Part shown: positions 61,153 through 64,000 of the stretch, piece after piece
Position numbering within the stretch: the first letter of the stretch is position 1
Layout of the letters: every line of letters begins with the position of its first letter
Assembly (NCBI RefSeq): GCF_006345805.1
Contig: NC_043016.1
Span: 14,074,001 to 14,138,000, forward strand
Direction: 5' to 3'
Length of the DNA stretch: 64,000 bases
Source of the DNA: Octopus sinensis
Lineage: Eukaryota
Translations under genes and position numbers: made by a program
Notes under the pieces: model-generated
Told to the model about the DNA's origin: nothing
The model's input: the letters and a program-made list of their open reading frames with translations, nothing else
Databases searched by the model: none

Positions 61153-62853
61153 GTGTGTGTGTATTCACACACATATATGGTGGTGGTGGTGGTGGTGGCG
61201 TTTGCTGCTGCTGCTGCAGTGATAGTATATCTGTCTGTTCAGTCAACTTTTATAATCCATTCTAGTGTAGTTGGTCATCATCTCCAGTGTGTGTTTGTGT
61301 ATTCGATTGACAAACTCTCGTGTTCCAAATCAATGTCTGCTTGCCCTTGTTTACCCAGCAGCACCTACCCTCCTGCAAAATCTACAGGTTGTGGCTAATC
61401 CAATATCTGTAAATTGCTGGGTGGGGTGGAAGACATTCTGCTTACTACTCCACAATGTCATTCTAAAAATAAACAATCACATCACTGAAATCTTGAAGCT
61501 ATGAGATATAATACATGATTAATTCAAAACAATGTGAATAAATAACTTTTACATTTGACAGAATAAGCTGAATGCTAAAGGCTTTATCTGGCCATATCTT
61601 GCCCAAATATTCTACTTGTTTTATGTTCAAACTGGCCAGATCCAGCCTCTCACACCTACCCTACAATGTCATTCTAAAAAAAATAAACAATCACAGCATT
61701 GAAATCTCCAAACTACAAGATGATTAATTCAGAACAATGTCATTGTATAAGCAGTGTAATTGACAGAACAACCTGGAAGCTAAGAACAGGAAAATGAGTC
61801 AATAAATTGAAATTTTAGGATAGGAAAACATGAAAATGCAGTTTGAAGTGGATGGTTGAAATGTGTTTGTTACTTTCACCTGACAATGTTGAAGACCCCA
61901 CCCCCCACCCCTAATACACTTTCTATGTTTTCTAAACATGATTAATCAACATGGATTTATCTCCCTTGCTCTCAGATTTTTAGCACACTGAGAAGATTTT
62001 TTTGTCTATTAATTGCAGCAATAATCCTAGTTAATCAAAGCTTTTCAACTCACAGTAATACATGTGTTAAACCTTATTTGTATTTGTATTTAGTATTGAG
62101 AATACTCGCTTAGGGTATTTCCCTTCAGTCATATTATTAATGTTCTAATCAGCATCATCATCATCATCATCATCATTTAGCGTCCGCTTTCCATGCTAGC
62201 ATGGGTTGGACGGTTCAACTGGGATCTGGGAAGCCAGGAGGCTGCACGAGGCCCAGTCTGATCTGGCAGTGTTTCTACAGCTGGATGCCCTTCCTAACGC
62301 CAACCACTCCGTGAGTGTAGTGGGTGCTTTTTACGTGCCACCCACACAGGTGCCAGACGGAGCTGGCAAACGGCCACAGACAGATGGTGCTTTTTACATG
62401 CCACCGGCACGGGGTCAGGCGAGGCTGGCAACGGCCACGAACGGATGGTGCTTTTTACATGCCACCGGCACAAGGCATTACTATATTATCTCCATTTTCA
62501 AATACTGATTACTCTAAATCTTCTCAACCGAGATGAATATGCTGCACTGAGAATGTCTCAGAATACCATATAGTATTTTCATTGATTGCACCTGTAGATT
62601 CCTTCACATTCCTTTTTTTCTTTTTTCAAAAAAATTCATTTTTTTTTATCTTGTTACACATCCAATTTCACTTCTTTCACCTGGTGACAATATAACATTT
62701 ACACACATTTACACACCTGAGAGACCTTACTGTATTTGCTTGTATTCAGATTGATAACTGGTGGCCAAGATGGAAATGTTAAAATATGGAACTACAATAG
62801 TGGGCTTTGTTTAAAAGAACTTACCAAGAAGAAAAAGGAAGAACTTATTGATG
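18235..62853 (+). CDS. Multi-exon gene (16 coding exons in window, 3' end outside): EF-hand + WD40-repeat protein of the WDR49/CFAP337-WDR64-WDR95-WDY family
   Basis: Manual splicing gives one open frame of 2017 nt with matching intron phases (0,0,0,0,2,2,2,0,1,1,2,0,2,0,2,1). Motifs: [20 protein letters not shown] (EF-like), [90 protein letters not shown]. The family call comes from recalled similarity (e.g. WDR49 VCLWNPYVVSKPVGVLWGH). The exact orthologue is not resolved. Confidence 0.9.
20467..20679. mobile_element. Small Tc1/mariner-type MITE
   Basis: Inverted ends AGGGTGGGCCAA (20468) / TTGGCCCACCCT (20666-20677). Confidence 0.5.
21621..22474 (+). mobile_element. Mariner transposon, internally deleted
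   Basis: TA TSD. TIRs GGAGGTTTGGTCAAAAAGTATCC / [41 protein letters not shown]...QIKEWF...GRPS, then [20 protein letters not shown]. Confidence 0.9.
23207..23344 (+). CDS. Coding exon 2 ([17 protein letters not shown]...LLGNVVK)
   Basis: ttacAG|ATT ... AAG|GTATAT. 138 nt, phase 0/0. Resembles the N-terminal LENQLS segment of the WDR49-type family. Confidence 0.88.
23815..24220 (+). mobile_element. Two tandem decayed SINE family A copies
   Basis: TGGCAGAATCGTTAG A-box and GAGTTCAAAT B-box, each twice. Shared tail GGCCTTGTGCCAAAATTTGAA.CCAATA. Confidence 0.75.
24983..25201 (+). CDS. Coding exon 3 ([28 protein letters not shown]...LITCSE), EF-hand-like
   Basis: Poly-T AG acceptor at 24981-24982, GAG|GTTTGT donor. 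219 nt, phase 0/0. Confidence 0.9.
25258..25480. mobile_element. piggyBac-type MITE (TTAA TSD); second, inverted copy at 41302-41522
   Basis: TTAA|TCCTTTT ... AAAAGGG|TTAA. 41302-41522 is a reverse-complement homologue with TTAA|CCCTTTT ... AAAGGG|TTAA. Confidence 0.7.
29175..30053 (-). mobile_element. Rearranged mariner with two 5' ends (about 270-bp inverted arms)
   Basis: TA TSD. Both ends read ..CTGATCAATAAGTAT..GGACTGTTGCC and continue through the same 5' UTR. The - strand encodes [21 protein letters not shown]...[12 protein letters not shown]...FVPKLLS.DQK. Confidence 0.88.
30218..30412. mobile_element. piggyBac-type MITE (TTAA TSD)
   Basis: TTAA|CCCTTTAG ... TAAAGGA|TTAA. Related fragments at about 47290-47365 and 61440-61750. 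Confidence 0.6.
30538..30597 (+). CDS. Coding exon 4 ([20 protein letters not shown])
   Basis: tttacAG|CAT ... GTT|GTAAGC. 60 nt, phase 0/0. Confidence 0.85.
31473..31950 (-). mobile_element. SINE family C copy ((GAT)n tail) abutting a SINE family A copy
   Basis: 31473-31735 matches 62152-62475. 31738-31950 matches 48571-48804. Confidence 0.8.
32046..32131 (+). CDS. Coding exon 5 ([29 protein letters not shown])
   Basis: Poly-T cAG acceptor, GG|GTGAGT donor. 86 nt, phase 0/2. Confidence 0.9.
32636..33102 (-). mobile_element. Longest SINE family C copy, including a distinct 5' head
   Basis: (CAT)n tail, core GGCGTTAGGAAGGGCATCCAGCTGTAG on the - strand, 3 internal subrepeats, extra 5' segment 32935-33102. 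Confidence 0.75.
34006..34406 (+). mobile_element. SINE family C copy with 5 tandem subrepeats
   Basis: GGCACGTAAAAAGCA units at 34009, 34056, 34123, 34185, 34246. (GAT)n tail. Confidence 0.85.
35404..35597. repeat. Imperfect fold-back hairpin, arms about 85-93 bp, 16-nt loop
   Basis: Arms align by eye with two T/C differences (U-G wobble in RNA), one 8-nt indel and one short mismatched patch. Confidence 0.9.
35622..36129. repeat. Perfect 131-bp inverted repeat with 246-bp spacer
   Basis: 35622-35752 is the exact reverse complement of 35999-36129. ATAA flanks both ends. Confidence 0.92.
36535..37630. repeat. Two inverted copies of an internally palindromic MITE-like repeat (36535-36700 and 37445-37635)
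   Basis: Each copy has tgttag.taaaa.atgtttgtgac..tttcaac...accatggagaaaaa/ttttctccatggt self-complementarity. The copies are reverse complements of each other. Confidence 0.75.
36883..37218 (+). mobile_element. SINE family B (tRNA head + CORE-like domain), near full length
   Basis: GGCGCAGGAGTGGCTGTGTGGTAAG...GGGTCCAGTCCC...ACCTTGGGCAAGTGTCTT. Probably the described octopus OR-type SINE (not verified). Confidence 0.85.
38066..39157. repeat. About 1.1 kb (TA)n array punctuated by GTAC
   Basis: Repeated ATATATGTACATATAT units of variable length. Confidence 0.95.
39935..40052. mobile_element. 118-bp hairpin MITE with TTAA TSD and purine termini (Kolobok-like)
   Basis: TTAA|AAATGGGGAAGGCTGGGTTATGGGATTACCTT ... 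AAGGTAATCCCATAAACCAGCCTTCCCTATTT|TTAA. A decayed relative lies near 11930-12010. Confidence 0.6.
40119..40904. mobile_element. Inverted pair of SINE family B copies (40119-40483 +, 40590-40904 -)
   Basis: Both match 50445-50845. Opposite orientations, about 106-nt microsatellite spacer. A third, - strand copy follows at about 40920-41285. Confidence 0.85.
41700..42270 (+). mobile_element. Cluster of tandem SINE family A copies and partial copies
   Basis: Repeated A-box/B-box heads and TTTGGGGT..ATAAATTAAGTACCAGTTGCATACTGG cores with GGCCTTGTGCCTAGAGTAGAAAAG tails. Confidence 0.75.
42536..42628 (+). CDS. Coding exon 6 ([31 protein letters not shown])
   Basis: ctttcAG|T ... GC|GTATGT. 93 nt, phase 2/2, after a 10.4 kb intron. 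Confidence 0.9.
42932..44199 (+). mobile_element. maT (DD37D) Tc1/mariner-superfamily transposon, near full length, pseudogenised
   Basis: TA|CAGGGTGCAATGGGTAAATT left end. F.DEKSF..., [26 protein letters not shown]. 37 residues between the second and third D after removing one C in the run at 43843-43847. Several stops. Right TIR decayed. Confidence 0.85.
44620..44800 (-). mobile_element. RTE/BovB-like LINE remnant
   Basis: [15 protein letters not shown]....[23 protein letters not shown]. Confidence 0.65.
45500..45960 (+). mobile_element. RTE-clade reverse transcriptase N-terminal remnant
   Basis: [27 protein letters not shown]....[37 protein letters not shown]. Confidence 0.75.
46391..46483 (+). 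CDS. Coding exon 7 ([31 protein letters not shown])
   Basis: atttcAG|A ... AG|GTTGTA. 93 nt, phase 2/2. Confidence 0.88.
48257..48377 (+). CDS. Coding exon 8 ([10 protein letters not shown]...VHEDWVQQ)
   Basis: ctccaaAG|G ... CAG|GTAAGA. 121 nt, phase 2/0. Confidence 0.88.
48571..48804 (-). mobile_element. Young SINE family A copy with 18-bp TSD
   Basis: AAGCCGCTATGTATATAT at 48553-48570 and 48805-48822. CpGs largely intact. Confidence 0.92.
49803..49872 (+). CDS. Coding exon 9 ([24 protein letters not shown])
   Basis: Poly-T cAG acceptor, ATAG|GTATAC donor. 70 nt, phase 0/1. Confidence 0.88.
50162..50356 (+). CDS. Coding exon 10 ([13 protein letters not shown]...[20 protein letters not shown])
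   Basis: acaacAG|GT ... GAG|GTATGA. 195 nt, phase 1/1. Overlaps ORF 50197..50421. Confidence 0.9.
50445..50845 (+). mobile_element. Full-length SINE family B (CORE-type)
   Basis: tRNA-like head, ACCTTGGGCAAGTG core, (TA/TG) spacer, 3' tail with CAGTC-AAAT-GACTG hairpin. Confidence 0.9.
51381..51604. mobile_element. Tigger/pogo-type MITE
   Basis: TA|CAGTAATCCCTCAACTAT ... ATATGGTGATGAATTACTG|TA. Confidence 0.7.
53279..53321 (+). CDS. Coding exon 11 ([14 protein letters not shown])
   Basis: cattttAG|GC ... GG|GTATGT. 43 nt, phase 1/2. Carries the WD motif IWN. Confidence 0.9.
54150..54255 (+). CDS. Coding exon 12 ([18 protein letters not shown]...SSDKCIK)
   Basis: atcttcAG|A ... AAG|GTAAGG. 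106 nt, phase 2/0. Carries the GH dipeptide of a WD40 repeat. Confidence 0.92.
55563..55827 (-). mobile_element. tRNA-derived SINE family D with (ATT)n tail
   Basis: The - strand reads GGAGGTGCATGGCTTAGTGGTTAGGG..GGTTTCGATTCC (A/B boxes), TTGAGCAAAACACTT, GCGATGGACTGGCGTCCCGTCCAG. Confidence 0.85.
55873..56016. repeat. Near-perfect fold-back centred on a SINE-C tail
   Basis: Arms gtatattgtcaacaaaacttttcatcaccagt(a)cttc(atc)n gtttaa / ttaaac(gat)n gaag(c)actggtgatgaaaagttttgttgacaatatac. 7-nt loop CGTCCAC. Confidence 0.92.
56077..57120 (-). mobile_element. CR1-clade LINE, 5'-truncated at QGSVLGP, one frameshift, intact 3' end
   Basis: [15 protein letters not shown]...KYADDIKLY, frameshift near 56870, ERDLGVIVD...[13 protein letters not shown]...[10 protein letters not shown]...RRLAADL...[14 protein letters not shown]. 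(ATT)n tail. Confidence 0.93.
57252..57409 (+). CDS. Coding exon 13 ([23 protein letters not shown]...SIKIKSK)
   Basis: Poly-T AG acceptor, AA|GTATAT donor. 158 nt, phase 0/2. Confidence 0.88.
58831..58939 (+). CDS. Coding exon 14 ([36 protein letters not shown])
   Basis: ctctttcAG|G ... TCT|GTAAGT. 109 nt, phase 2/0. Confidence 0.88.
59184..59510 (+). mobile_element. SINE family C copy (3 subrepeats)
   Basis: Same core and (GAT)n tail as 34006. Other copies at about 23630, 27845, 28720, 32370, 33250, 34600, 44870, 46050, 49260, 59530, 60725. Confidence 0.85.
60003..60109 (+). CDS. Coding exon 15 ([36 protein letters not shown])
   Basis: gattacAG|GAG ... AG|GTGAGA. 107 nt, phase 0/2. Confidence 0.92.
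62152..62475 (-). mobile_element. SINE family C copy (3 subrepeats)
   Basis: (CAT)n, then TTTAGCGTCCGCTTTCCATGCTAGCATGGGTTGGACGG, matching 31473 and 32636. Confidence 0.85.
62750..62853 (+). CDS. Coding exon 16 ([35 protein letters not shown])
   Basis: gtattcAG|A acceptor is clear. The donor ATG|GTATTT is weaker, so the 3' boundary is less sure. 104 nt, phase 2/1. Confidence 0.85.
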
Positions 62854-63382
62854 GTATTTATATTTGCTTTTTGTTTTTGCAGAAAATCTATTGTATAGTT
62901 CTTTCTGAAGTATAGTTAAGTCTTTCTGCTATTAGAATGTGTGTGATAACATTGATTCACATTTGTAGCAACGTGGAAGTTGAAATATAAATTGACAAAT
63001 TTAAGCTGTAGAATTGCTGTAGGAAAATATTAATGTTATAAATATTAATTGCTTAAGGTTCATATGTTCTTTTGAGATGTTATCCTTAATGATCTAAGTT
63101 CCATTTATCTAATTCCCATATCTCTAATCCTTCTAAAATCTTACATTAATGTGTAGACTGTGTCTTGCTGATGGAATAGAATAAAATTAAAACATGTTCG
63201 GATTTCTAAATGAAGTACCAAAAGCCAAACTCAATCTCTACTGCATTTTATAGTTAATTTAAAATATAGGTTGTCCCTTCTGCTTTTTATGACCAGAATC
63301 ACTCATTAAGATAATAATTGTTTCATATGACAAATAATCACTTTATATATATATTGTTGAGTAGTATATCCCTGGTATATAA

Positions 63383-63613
63383 GGCGGCGAGCTAGCAGAA
63401 GCATTAGCACACCGAGCAAAATGCTTTGCAGTACTTCGTCTGCTGTTACATTGTGAGTTCAAATTCCGCCGAGGTCAACTTTGCCTTTCATCCTTTCGGG
63501 GTCGATAAATTAAGTACCAGTTACGCACTGGGGTCGATGTAATCGACATAATACCTATGTCTGTCCTTGTTTGTCCCCTCTATGTTTAGCCCCTTGTGGG
63601 TAATAAAGAAATA
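63383..63613 (+). mobile_element. Full-length SINE family A copy with 9-bp TSD
   Basis: GGTATATAA at 63374-63382 and 63614-63622. Confidence 0.9.
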
Positions 63614-64000
63614 GGTATATAACCAGTTACAAAATTACCATTGGTTTCACTTTTACTATTGCACTTGACAATATTGATGAATTAATGAGTATGCTGGCTG
63701 GAGGCACATAGCCTTAGTGGTGCAAAAAATGAAAAAATAAAAAACACCTTTTCTGAGAGGGAAAAAAAGCATTGCCTGCCATTATAGCTGAAGAGAGGCA
63801 GTTGTACCTGCATGTGTTTTTCTTCCGTTCTTTTGTCTTCAAAAGGAGAACACCTCATTTCCCAAAACGAATTTTCTGTCGTGAGAGCAGCAACTAAAAA
63901 TTTCGCTTTCTGAGTTCAAGAAGGCACCTGGACTGTGAAAACTTTTTAAGATTATGCTCCTCTCAGCTAAGCAAAGTTTGAACCTTCTGTTTTCCATTAG

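Noticed and set aside
63980-64000. Pyrimidine tract + AG at the very end as the exon 17 acceptor
   Set aside because: Cannot be tested because the downstream sequence is outside the window. The segment also resembles a - strand CR1 relic.

Overview
AT-rich, repeat-dense animal genomic DNA, most likely from an octopus (inferred from recognisable tRNA-derived/CORE-type SINE families and the (TA)n/(CA)n load; not verified by search). The main feature is one large + strand gene, rebuilt by hand as 16 coding exons (18235-62853, 2017 nt, 672 codons + 1 nt). All introns are GT-AG, the phases are consistent, and the gene continues past the window end. It encodes an N-terminal degenerate EF-hand plus WD40 repeats, in the WDR49(CFAP337)/WDR64/WDR95/Drosophila WDY ciliary-sperm family. 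The ORF track recovers at most half of these exons. Bases 1-17 kb are an intergenic transposon graveyard: R4/Dong-like, Penelope GIY-YIG, CR1, RTE, Helitron-like, MITEs and SINEs. A CpG-rich segment at about 17.3-17.9 kb looks like a possibly bidirectional promoter with RFX half-sites. The introns contain mariner and maT(DD37D) transposons, MITEs, dozens of SINEs, LINE fragments and a 1.1 kb (TA)n/GTAC array. The most interesting signals are: (i) several hammerhead-ribozyme-like motifs with covarying stem II and a palindromic ACGU helix III in Penelope-type repeats; (ii) a CR1 LINE 3' end that shares a covarying stem-loop with a SINE tail; (iii) an unusual number of fold-back inverted duplications, several of them intronic and so candidate ADAR substrates; (iv) a two-headed mariner. 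No CRISPR array, rRNA or true tRNA gene was found. I see no clear wholly new system; the findings are testable leads.
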